A DNA stretch of 58,445 nucleotides, counting the filler, from Sphacelaria rigidula (Eukaryota), in assembly GCA_964200075.2 (NCBI GenBank). It is 6 parts of 6 records of this genome, joined end to end, with 100 filler letters (N's around TTAATTAATTAA, not from the genome) between each part and the next. Parts side by side here need not be neighbours in the genome. Positions count along the whole stretch, not along the records: positions 9,760 to 19,417 come from CAXNAA020008016.1; positions 19,518 to 29,175 come from CAXNAA020008017.1; 4 more parts are not named here. One strand, given 5' to 3'. Each line of letters begins with the position of its first letter. Position 1 is the stretch's first letter. Made by a program: the position numbers and the translations under genes. The notes under the pieces are model-generated. The model searched no databases. It saw nothing but the letters and a program-made list of their open reading frames with translations, and was not told where the DNA came from. Shown in pieces: positions 14,046-25,350 of the stretch.

Positions 14046-14356
14046 CGGTTAGACTCAGCCTTAATATCAACAACGTAGGCACATTATTTTCCAGTAAAAT
14101 AGTGAAGAAAATATTTTTCCCTTCTACATATACGAAGAGTCGCCATCGCACTGTATTACACCGCATTTCATATACTTCCTCTTGTATCATAATTTTCCCC
14201 TCTTTGTCACTTTCATTGTTTATGTGTACGCTGTCATTGCGTATTCCGAGGAAAGCTGGTTGTTAGGGGACGAGGTAGGCCTCAACTCGAGGTATTAGAA
14301 GAAAAATTCGTAGTAACGCATACCATTCCAACGCCACGTGTTGGGCGCTGGTGCGG

Positions 14357-14440
14357 ACACAGTTGTTGCTTGCCTTAGTCGTTTGCCATTGACCACGTAT
14401 CCCTTTCGAGACGGAGCGCGGTTCCTACTCCTAATAGAGA
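14357..14440 (+). repeat. Dispersed repeat with core ATCCCTTTCGAGACGGAGC (also 18088-18156 minus, 42878-42942, 44803-44873)
   Basis: The same ~70-bp motif is read directly at four places on two different contigs; partial matches near 22083 and 39033. Confidence 0.8.
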
Positions 14441-15541
14441 TACTTTCAACATTCCGGCGCTCATTACGTTTCTTCCATACATTACACAAAAAGTCTTCCA
14501 CAAATCTTATCCCTGTCCTGTTTCGTCAGGGGGGGGGGGGGGGGGGGTTGTTGGTGTCGTTTCAGCCGGGGGGGGGCCCCCGAGGGAGGANNNNNNNNNN
14601 ATTTTTCGCCGTCTCCCGCCGCGTGGGGTGGGGGGCGGGGGGCGGGGGGGGGGGGGGCCGGGGGGGCGCGGGGCATCTCCGGTTGCATCTACGCGACGGA
14701 GGTCCCCTCGAAAGGAGAAATCTTGAGCGTACGGTTATTCATCATTTTGTGTTACATTTGCATTTGTGTGTGATACTTTAGTGGCCCGTCTATGACTTAG
14801 GTTTTATACCAGAGACGTCTGAACTCGTAGTTGATGCACGCACGCCGAGACACATGTTTAGCGGCACTCCTGCAACTTTTCGTGCACATCTCGCTCATGT
14901 CAATTTTAGCAACGGCTCCGGAGTCGTCGCAAAATCCGGATACTCGTCCACCGTGAAAACCGCGGTGAGGTGGTGATTACGTCGATTTATATTGTGTATA
15001 CATCTACACGACGGCAGCATCAGCCCCGCCGAATTAGCAACCTCAAGTCTCAAAACACGCGTCGGGTCCTGAAACTGACGTCGGCGGCGAGTCGCCCATC
15101 GTAAAAATATCTTTCGACGGTTCTCACCCAAAACGCCCGGCATCAGGCGCGCCACGGCAGTGCCGCATCAATTTCCCACCTCGTTTCACACTCCAACGGG
15201 TAGCGGTGAATACCCGGTACTTTCGGCAGTCGATACTCCCGGTAGACCCCGGAAAAAGTCAGTCCATTGCTTGGTTGGGAATGTCGATACCGTAGGGCAT
15301 GCTGGAATATCCCAACTCAGTATCACCGTATGACCACACCGTGGAGATTCGGAGTAACCGCAGTACGGTGCCTTACCCTACCAAAGCTATCGTACCTGTC
15401 TTTTGTTTTCTTTTTTCATCGCACTTTCAACCTGACGAGTCCGCAGTCTTGAGAAACCATATCCCCTCTCACCTCCGATTCTCGCCCATCTTGCATGTCT
15501 TGCATGTCTTGCTATTTGTGGTCACCCTGTATACGCCTCAG

Positions 15542-18500
15542 GTTGTCCCGCTCCCAGAAAATGTACGGCCGGCGGGGGCCCCGGTACCTCTGGGCGCGCC
15601 TGGTGGCTTCATGTCAAAGTTTCAGGTATCAGTGTGCTTTGTTGTCGAGCAAAAGAAACAAGGATAGACGGAACAACCAGCTGTTCGTTATCATGGTTAG
15701 TCTACCCGGACGTGAATTAATGTTGGTATTTTGTTTTTTGCGACGAACGGAGCGGTGTCTTCAGACAAGGATCGAACGAAACGGAACGGAACTGGGACTG
15801 AACTGAAACTGAAACTGAAACTGAAGCCGAAACTGAAACTGAAACTGAAACTGAAATTAGAACCGAAACTGAAACTGGAACCGAAATTGAAATCGATTCT
15901 GAAACTGAAACTGAAGTGACCACGGTACGAAACAAAATCACCGGTTCATTCCTTCTTCTCCTTGCGTTGTTCTATTTCCCTCTTTTTCTGCTTCCTTCCT
16001 CGGCGTGGCATGTCAAAGTTTATATTTTTGTCATGAGGTGACGCTTCTTTTGTTCTTCCCCCCACGAAAATGACACGAAGGCAAACGACGAGCGCGTACG
16101 TTTGTGTGCACGTGTTTCCCGTCCCTGCGGCGATCAATCGATCGATCGCCGACAAATAAATAAATACTGCAGGTGCACTTTCCTCAGACCGGTAACGACA
16201 ATCCCGCGCGCCGTATCACCAGCGCCGACCACAGGGACGCACGCGGGTGAGGCTTTACGTTTTGTTTCTTTTTTTGAACGTCTTTTTCAAGACCCTAAAC
16301 GCGTCGTGCGTGTACAAAACTACTGTGGTACTTCACGGAATGAACATGTTTTTGGCGCCTTTTCACAAATTGCCCTTATTAATAGTGATTTATTTCCCTG
16401 GCACGTCTAGACTTTTGCTTTTTATGCGCGCATATCATTCGCATAAATTTTGGCGATTTTTTTTCTTCGCCTTTCATATTAAAATCAAGTAAGTGTAACG
16501 CCGCGGCGAGGTTTCCGTTTCAAAATGACCCCTTTTGAGCGAGACACATAAGCTTTTTGTAAAAAAAAAAAAAAACACAATAAAATTCAAAAGCCCATCA
16601 GAACGTCGGAGCAAGCCGCCCCCCCCGCCGAAGCCTTTTCGATTCTCAGCACATGCAACACTACGATATGCGGTGCACTTTTCCCTCCCCAGGAGCATCT
16701 GATTTGATTTATGCCGTTCAAGAGATTAGGAAGGGAGTAGCAAAGAAACGTTTATGAGAGTCGACGCGGAGCGGTAGCGTTGATCCAATTAATTCGCGAT
16801 ACTAACACACCAGGCAATGTAGAGAGAGGGAGAGATAGAGATAATTATGGGTTGATGGGTTGGTTCCTTGGGAATACGGTTGGTTCCCGAGGAAGGGAAA
16901 ATGTTGAAAATACGACGAAAGAGAGTCAATGGATCAAGATGAACGAAAAATAATGGATACAATAATGACGTCACATCTTACTACCATATACAGTGTATCC
17001 TCTCTGTACAGTACTATGAATACGCACGATATGATAGAGAACTCAAGATACCGGTGAACCACAACAATGAATACTACGTGAGACGAAATCCTCTGTAGAA
17101 ATAGGCATGGCAATGACAGAACTTGCTGGGCTGCGTCACTGAGGGATTCTAGTACTGTAGTTTTCAGACGGTGACCGAGAAAAGGTACTCTTGTTAGGGC
17201 CCGCCTGTATTATTGTTTTCAAGTTTTATTTTGTCTCGGGTACGTCCATCATGTGATCGCGGTTGGATCTCTGAAGCATAATCAGTTGAAGTGCGACATT
17301 CAATCAATTAATCAATCAATCAATTAATCAACCAACCAATCAAAATCAAGACAACATTCTGAATGGACGCGCTCTCGATGGTAAACAGTGGTTATGAAAA
17401 TCTCGGAACAGTTCCCTCTGTGTTTCAGCTACTTACTGTTGAAGAATTGGTTGATTGATTTCCGGATATTTTTAACTGATGCACGACGAAATCCGGCAGC
17501 CCCGGGTCACACGATAAGATGGATATAGAACAGACGGAAAGGCACTTTGGAGTGGTTCCATGGCAAGGGTACACGATTTTTTTCCAATGCTCTGCACTTT
17601 AGGAGCCTGTCGATGACCATGACCAACACCTGGGCTTCATAGAGTGCAGCCCCAGGAAACGTTTGGACTAAAAAGTATACCACTACGGTAGAATCACTCT
17701 TTGACCAATGATTTATGGCACAGGGGGATTTTGCGACGCCTTACTTAACCCTCAGACCGCGGTGCGGGTAATTCATCTGGATCAATACCGATTCAGCAGG
17801 TCGCCTACTACCCTCGCCATCCAAGGGTTAACGGCTGACTAAAAAACTTCGACGGAAATAACCCGTGCTTCTTTCTTAAGCGAGAAGAACTTTTCCGTAG
17901 TGTTTTACGAAGAAAGAAACCGGGATCGGAAGCAGTGTAGTCTCTTTCTCGTAGATATATTTACCCTCACAAAAAGCCACACCGGCAGAAAAAAACGAAT
18001 GTCTGACTGAATCTCTCATAACCGACAATGGTACTCGGGACGCAGCGCCCATATCCACATCCGTACAACATAGCTTCCCCCCATCCCTTGCTCCGTCTCG
18101 AAAGGGATGCGTGGTCAATGGTCAAACGACTAAGGCAAGCAACAAATGAGTACGCGCCACCCCCGCTTTGGGCAGCCGGGTTTTGAGAGATAGCTGTGGG
18201 CGTAGGACCGATCGTAGAATTGGGAACTCTACTATATCGCAGACGTGCACGCTGTCTTACTCACTTCTCGCAACCCCTCCCTTCCCTTGCAAGACGAGGA
18301 GCGGGATCAGTGCGACGGTGGCGAAACTAATCAGGGTGTAGACCACAGTCTTCATTCGCCCACCCTCCTTACATCTGCCTTGTCAGGATTGGCCTTTGTC
18401 TTTGGAAATTCTCAAAAAACACTATAAAATTATTGGAAAAGAAAAATGAACACTGAGTGATGCTACGGTAGGGGTGCACGAATGTTTTCTGATGTTGGAA

Positions 18501-18965
18501 TTTTCAGGAGCTCTTTATCTAATCCGAAACAGGACTTACGAAACATATGAGAGGAAGCCAGGATTACTACTACAATGTGCTACGAATACTCCGAATTATT
18601 TTGCAAATGGGAATGCCCTGACCCATATTCTCGTGCATCTAGAATCGTGAGGAGCCCCTAAACCAGAGAGAATTTTGCGCAAAGAGTGCACCCCTTACTC
18701 CACTTCAAGTGGAAGACCGGAACTCATGAAGTAGTGTGTACGCAACTACTCAACTAACCGAAAAAAAGAAAAACTCCTGTCATGTGTTTGATATAAACAC
18801 ACGCACAGGTACGTATGGCGCCTTGTGTTACACCCCTGGGGTCACGACGAACGCGGATGCTACAGTGTATTCCTCGAGCTGGTAAACCTTCAGGACCTTC
18901 CCGCCGACCATCACCGCTTTGTCCGGCTAGAGTTCGCCATGCACGCCTGGGACACCGCGTATCAG
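15542..18965 (+). CDS. MATH/TRAF-domain protein, partial; exons 15542-15625, 16173-16246, 18809-18965 (possible upstream exon ending 14728)
   Basis: Phase-compatible AG/GT exons join to ...FMSKFQVHFPQTGNDNPARRITSADHRDARGYVWRLVLHPWGHDERGCYSVFLELVN...RFVRLEFAM, matching the MATH pattern GxxWRLxxxPxG...SVFLE. Confidence 0.7.
15801..15915. repeat. (GAAACT)n hexamer microsatellite, intronic
   Basis: Imperfect tandem GAAACT run. Confidence 0.95.
17745..17831. mobile_element. TTAA-flanked piggyBac-like MITE, internally deleted copy
   Basis: TTAA-CCCTCAGACCGC...CCAAGGG-TTAA; internal CCGATTCAGCAGGT is shared with the array at 47731-48262. Confidence 0.7.
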
Positions 18966-19019
18966 GTATTTTTTTCGCATGCGTTCACCAGTGGGGGGCT
19001 CACGATTGTGCGGTCGTGC

Positions 19020-19250
19020 AGGGTGCGGGGCGGCGGGCATCGTGGTGTGGCTGCGGCGCTCGTGCGCTTGCAAGAGTTTTGTGTCTGGTAGGGGATAGAA
19101 TCTCATGTGCCCGAATTTGTCCGCCAGTGTCTTCACTGTGCTGACTCGAGGGCGGGAGGTGCTGTTCCCCGCCCGCTCGGCGAAACGGTCCATGGGACCA
19201 TGCCGAATGAAGTAATTAATTTAGACTTCTTGTACGTGGGCGAGTGGCAC
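19020..19250 (+). pseudogene. Ty3/gypsy integrase fragment (zinc-binding domain and start of core)
   Basis: GGHRGVAAALVRLQEFCVW*GIESHVPEFVRQCLHCADSRAGGAVPRPLGETVHGTMPNEVINLDFLYVG, with an in-frame stop. Confidence 0.8.
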
Positions 19251-19357
19251 CACTTTGCGGTCCTCTAGAGTGCGGGTTTTCGTCACAGTGCGGTCTAACT
19301 CAGTGACACCAAGTCCGATCCGCGATACTACCATCACGTAAATACATGATACTAGGA

Positions 19358-19417
19358 GCCGGTCGTCCCGGTGGCTCAGTTGGTAACCTCGTAACCTTCT
19401 GACGGTTGAGTTGTGGG
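19358..19417 (+). mobile_element. tRNA-like SINE head, truncated by the contig end
   Basis: A box TGGCTCAGTTGGT, then sequence ends at ...TTGTGGG where the B box would start. Confidence 0.5.
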
Positions 19418-19517
19418 NNNNNNNNNNNNNNNNNNNNNNNNNNNNNNNNNNNNNNNNNNNNTTAATTAATTAANNNNNNNNNNNNNNNNNNNNNNNNNNN
19501 NNNNNNNNNNNNNNNNN
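19418..19517. other. Artificial contig linker
   Basis: N44-TTAATTAATTAA-N44. Confidence 0.97.
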
Positions 19518-20579
19518 ATCGACACAATATGTGGACCCACAACTTGTAGCGCGTCGGTCTCTTGTGATCCGGTGGGTTGTGGAACATCGAACATTGTTGT
19601 ACTTTTGCGATCTCGGGGCTGGTGTCAGGGTCAAGCTAGGCTCTTCCGCCACCAACGGGCGATTGTCGCATCATCGATGGTTGGTTCAAGCAACGGATAC
19701 AGTACTAGTCGTCACGCATAGAGAACTAGGGACAGAACGGTAATAAATAGCGGAGAGACTCCGGAACCATTTCCGGGGAGAAGGAGGCGTGGTCGTTGTG
19801 GCGACCGTGAAAGGCAAATGAGCGGGAAAAGAGCCGAAGGTGTGGGCGCCATAGTTGGAGTTGGCGCGTAGACTCCTTGCGCGCGATGTGCCGCATCAGG
19901 TACAGTGTAGAGAGCGATGGCCTAGCACAGGTACGTTCTCGGCCGATCGGTGGCCCAGATAAGGTACGATTGCAAAATAATTCCTGAATCAGGTATACCT
20001 GGGCTAAATTTGGCCTACAAAAGGTAAGCAGTTTCTGGAGGCGAGACGTCCGTTTTCGCGTGGCCACATCTCTCGAGGAACATGTTTTTTTCCCGTTTTT
20101 TTTCGAGGCCCGGGTGCCAATGCCCCCCCCCCCGAATGATGTTGGTGGGAAATTTTTGTTGGAAACGGTTAAAATGGGGTGTTTNNNNNNNNNNTATTTC
20201 GCGTTTCTGGCCATTTTTCGTACCTTCCTTGGGCAAAAAACAACAAGGTATACCTTTTCCAGGCCATTGCTCTTTTGGATATTATTCGATCCTTTGAAAA
20301 TAGTTTTTGAATATGTTTTTTGCGTTGGATTTCCGAGTGATGCAATTTGAAGCGCGTGAACATTGAGCAGAAGTTGTGTTCGGAATCCGCACTTATTTTT
20401 AGAACAATTTGAAGCCGCAGATTTGTCGAAATACCTTTTTTGCCCTTTTTAGCCCTTGGTGCCACCATGATGGACTATCAGTGGCGGTCAATATGATAAC
20501 ATGTATGCGACATTTTATTGACGGGAAAGGTATTGAGGAAGGCATTTGCTTTTGACAGATTTTTGCAAGGTTGTGTTCT

Positions 20580-21070
20580 GTAGGGTGTGGGTATGTTCTA
20601 TAGGGCATAAGATTCCTTACAGAAGCTATAGAAGTATCGGGTACCGGTATGAAAGTCTTACAGAAATTACACAACTTGTTGGGTACGGTACGGGAGGCTT
20701 GCAGAAAACCGTACCGGCAATCGGGTACTTTTTAAAGGGCATACCCGCGCTCCGGGTGCGGGCAATCATTAACAACAAAACTCACAAAACTGTCGGGTGA
20801 GGGTACGGGAGGCTTACAAAACTCACAAAATCTGTCGGACAGGGTATGGAGGCTGCACAGAAAACCGTACCCGCGACCGGGTATCTTCTCGATAGCGTAC
20901 CCGTGCCCCAGGTAATGTACGGGACACTTACAAAACTCCCAGAACCATCGGGTAAGGGTACGAAAGTCTCACACAGTTTACAGAACTGTCGGGTACCGGT
21001 ATGAAAGTGTCGGGTGTGGTACATACTCGGGAGAACACCCCGAGTATACCGAAAACCGTACCTTACAAAA
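20580..21070. repeat. Degenerate minisatellite-like repeat in the SF3A3 last intron
   Basis: Recurrent TCGGGTACCGGTATGAAAGT, GGGTACGGGAGGCTT, ACAAAACTCACAAAA and CAGAAAACCGTACC blocks. Confidence 0.75.
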
Positions 21071-21218
21071 CACAACATTGGATTTTTGGGTTGACAGGTT
21101 GAACCAGCCTGTAAAACATAGCTCTGCCCACCGTATATTTTTCTGTCGCCGATATTCTTGGAGATACAGAAACCTTGAAATGCACGCTTACTTCTTTCTT
21201 CCTGTTGCTTATTTTCAG

Positions 21219-21465
21219 GAATTTTGACCGACACTTCCAGGAGTGGCGCCACGCGCATGGCATGCGGTGCCTGGGTATACCGAACACAAAGCATTTCCAC
21301 GACATCACGCTAATCCAAGACGCACGAGACCTGTACGCCAAAATTAAGGATTCGCTTGACAAGGAACAATGGAATGCCGAGGATCAAGAGGAATATGAGG
21401 ATGGAGAGGGGAACGTGCTCAACCGACGCACTTACGAAGATCTAGCCCGTCAGGGTCTCATGTAG
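21219..21465 (+). CDS. SF3A3: Splicing factor 3A subunit 3 (SF3a60/Prp9), terminal exon
   Basis: Polypyrimidine tract plus CAG acceptor ending 21218; NFDRHFQEWRHAHGMRCLGIPNTKHFHDIT...EEYEDGEGNVLNRRTYEDLARQGLM* is the conserved SF3A3 C-terminus. Confidence 0.95.
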
Positions 21466-23587
21466 TATGGAGGCACACGCTGTAGTGCTGTTTGACTTAA
21501 ACGGCGTTGTAGTCACGTATTTTCCACAGCGATGAACGAGGGGAACGTACACTTCGAAGCCAAGCCAAGCACGTTACAAGAAGTGCTCCCGCACCCTCCA
21601 TCCCCCTCCCCCCTAGTCATATCCCACCATATTGACCTTCAGCGCGGCGTTGGATCGTTCTGACCGTGTAGGCTCTGACATGTGCTTTGTGGTGAACCAA
21701 GGATGGGAAACGATTGGAGACCGTATATGCAGATCTTGGCATGCTTGTTCCCGAGAGGCCATGATCTACGGGTGGAATAAGAATGGCAGGGTGTGCTGGA
21801 GCACTCTGCGGAGGTGTTACCGCATCGCGGCCGAAGCAGTAGTCGAGTAAGTGTTGGTACAATCGGACTTGATGGGGAAACCGCGTAGTCTGGAGGCCGG
21901 TGACGGTGGCTCTGGGTGGCACGTGTTCGATGTCAGTCTGCCTCGTCACTCATGGTGTGACTGTCCACCAAGGGATGTTGTCCGTTTGTGGGGTACAAGT
22001 AATGTCCCGTTGGCGAGCGGGGGGCCCAGGAAGTGTTGTGAAATGGTTGCTGTCTCGTTTCTTCCCTCCCCCCTCCCCTCCAGGATGAGGTAAGGTCAAT
22101 GGTCAGATGACTGTGGCATGCCAGATCATGAGTTCACCCTTTCCACGATGATACTCATTTTTGTCGACCTCGTGCGACCCAATTGCATCGAGCAGTTGTT
22201 GTGCGTCGCCGCTGCTTTGCCAGCTTCTTAGCGCGGAGAATCGAGATGTGGTGCCCAGATGGATGCATAATGCAAACACCTTCCGCCCGAAACTTTTTGA
22301 CTCTTTCACGGCCACGACGGGTCGTCTACAGAATCGGCATCGTTCTCACTTGAGAAACGACTCTCGAGACCCAGGTCGCCCACCCTGGTGGTTGCGGGTT
22401 TCATGTAACGGATGTAGGGGGACAATGACTGCTTCTGCGTTGACCCCCAGGGTGCACCATGCCTTGAGTTGGCATCATTTTTCCTCGAAAATGTCATGGG
22501 ATACCTAGCCCCCGTCTCTCGTCATTTTTTTTCCTTGATGGAAGGAGGAAACCCAACCCAACACTTACCTCGCAAGCGAACGCAGGCGATCGCCAGCGAG
22601 TTCTTGTGCCGATTACTCGAAGGCCCGGCTAGACCACCTCGCTGCAGTCATGTGGGGAAGGCGCCTCGAGCGGTGGCTTAAAGCAGTGTGGGGGATGCTC
22701 CCACTAAAACCTCTGATCAACTCGGCGTGGTGCACGCGTCGCTCTGCTCTCAAGAGCTTCGGCCGTAGCCGTGTCTGTCATGTAGCTGGTGCTATGGTCG
22801 GCCGACGGCACGGTCGCGTGCCTGCTGGGACCCTATACCGTATGCCGAGTGATTCTGCTCTGCGTTTGTATATATTCAGGGATACAGGATGCAGTCAGTA
22901 CAGGACGAATCTGGCATTTGAGGGCGATGCGCGACAAACATGGAAAACGTTCGTGGTCGATATGCCGATGATCACGACTTTCGCTGAACACTTGCTTTCC
23001 GGTTGAACGTGCAATGGCAATCCATGCACGGTCAACCGGAAACTGAACATGAACGTGAAATTTGTCGCGAAAGTACGTCAAGTCGCTGCAGCTATTGTGC
23101 AGCATCCAAGGGTCTGTCGAGAGAAAATTGTCGGACACGGAGGCCTTGCCCCCCCGTAGGGCAATTTTTCGAAAATTGTCATGATTTTTTTCGTGATTTT
23201 TTTGTTGATTTCGTAGAAAGAAATTGATCAACGTACTCTGACAAAATCCCAAAGTCTGGCGGGCTCCGCGAGATTCGTGTATATGCTTCTGCTCGTTGCG
23301 CGCCCTGACCCGATGACCTCGAATGGCGGCAACGCTTACACACCATCTGCTGTAGTGTATGTCTCGGCTGTATTTCTAAAGTTGTATCACTACGTTAAGT
23401 CCCGTGTGTCCATTACGGTGCTTTCCGTTACACAAGGCGTGGGTGCGTGGAAAATTTGTGATTACCGACATTCTTCGGGCAATTGGAAAAAGTCATCAGT
23501 AAAAACATGAGTTTAAAGTGTGCTTTCTCATCATGTACAATATTAAGAAGTGGATTGTCAATCAATTGTCACAAACCGGCTTATAAC

Positions 23588-24031
23588 ACGGGATCTTACA
23601 AATTGGGGACGCGTTTTTTGAATGGGGATGAGAAACCTCGAGAATGAAAAATTCGTATACACATCACATCTTCGAAATATGGTTCCACTTCTTCAACTAC
23701 TAATAGCTATTGGCATCTGCTACACGCCATAGAAATTTGGATTCCGATCACCGAAATGGTGAGGTCTTAGGGAAAAAACAATACCGGAACCATTATGGCG
23801 TCCGTTCCGACACCCGATATTCCCTTACATATTGGATTTTCACACCTAGAACGGTAACATTTCGGTAATGTGAATCTAAATTTTCATGGCGTGTAGCAGC
23901 TGTCAATAATAGCCATCAGTAGGTGAAGAAATGAGACCATATTTCGAACATGTGGTGTGGAGACGACGATTTTCATTTTCCGGGTTTCTTATTCCCGATT
24001 AAGGATCCATTCCCGATTTGTAAGATCCCGT
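23588..24031. mobile_element. Long-TIR foldback MITE, family A copy 2
   Basis: Termini ACGGGATCTTACAAAT...ATTTGTAAGATCCCGT; imperfect arms of ~190 bp. Confidence 0.8.
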
Positions 24032-25350
24032 CTTTCATGGACAATCCTTTTCGATACACGGAGGCGGAGTAGAGCATCAGCATATTCACGAGAATGAAAG
24101 GGAAATACTAATTTGGCCCTGATATGTAGAATAAATTTACAAAATAATTATTCGTAAGTTAACAAGCGACGACGCGCCGCGGCGATTAGTGGTGAGCTAA
24201 GTCGCGTCACTACTACTTCTCACTTGAAAGTGATACCGATTTACCAGAAGATACTCAGAGTGGAGAGGTTGAAATATGTTCCTCGTCGCCCAGCTAAGCG
24301 TCGTTTGCGGGAGCCAATTTCTTCACATCCCGCACACGCTCGATGAAAATTTCCCACGAACTTTTTTTTTTCCTTCCCGCGCGCGTACAAAATAATCGGA
24401 TCCCGCGCACAACCAATTCTTGAGGATGTGGCTCTGTTCGCCCACTGATAGCTAGAACCTGCTACACGTGGTGGACCCAAATTTTGATCACCGAAATGTT
24501 GAGGCCCCAAGTGATTGATGTTAATGCCGGGCGTCCGACCGGACGTCGAAATAGTTTCGAAACGGGTTCCGGTCCTCGCCTCCGCTCCCTGGCAAAATGC
24601 CGTCATAATCAAATATTTCGATCTGCCTCAAAATCAAAATGTAATCTTATATATCCAACGAGTGATTCATCTCCATCCTGTGCTGTTCACAGTGAACGTT
24701 CACTTCGTCTCGGGAGGGGTACCGCGGTACTTCTCCCCATGTTACCACGCTTGTTCATCTCAGAACAACGCATCAATTGAATCGGTCACGATCCGGCAGG
24801 TCACCAAAACATTGTCGTATCGTTCCATCACGTCATAATTTTCACCATGAGATCATATAATATTACAGAATATTCCTTGGAAACGTGCTCGTTAGGACAA
24901 AATGTTGCACAGCAGCACCGCCTCTCCCAAGGGAACGACATGCGCGCCAACTTTCCCACCAATGCAGCACAGAGTAACATTCCCACATATAGACATGCAC
25001 ACCACCTTCAGTGGTGGCACCCGTCACACACATTCAAACAAGCCACCATTCGCGCACAAGTTCACACCATCAACAAATGTAAGCCTAGGGCGGAAGGCCC
25101 CCGTACCGGTCACCTTCACGTCCAAATGAATGTATAGTTACAACGGTTCAACCGCAAAATCACACTGCCGTGGCCAAGTCAAGATGGCCTAGTGGCTGTT
25201 CGAAACGAGCCGCGTTTTACACGACAACTACCTACATGACACCAAATATCAGGGTCTTTCGACTTTGAACTTTGATTTGTCCGCGTCAGATTCGCATCCA
25301 CACGATCGCTGCGTACAGCTAATTGATACAAGACGTCAGCATGTCACCCT

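Noticed and set aside
14525-14680. G-rich tracts as G-quadruplex elements (also C-rich 47490-47665 and the region around 20185)
   Set aside because: They flank 10-N scaffold gaps and look like low-quality poly-G/C read ends.
15717-15941. LKLKLK / SVSVSV ORFs
   Set aside because: Translations of the GAAACT microsatellite.
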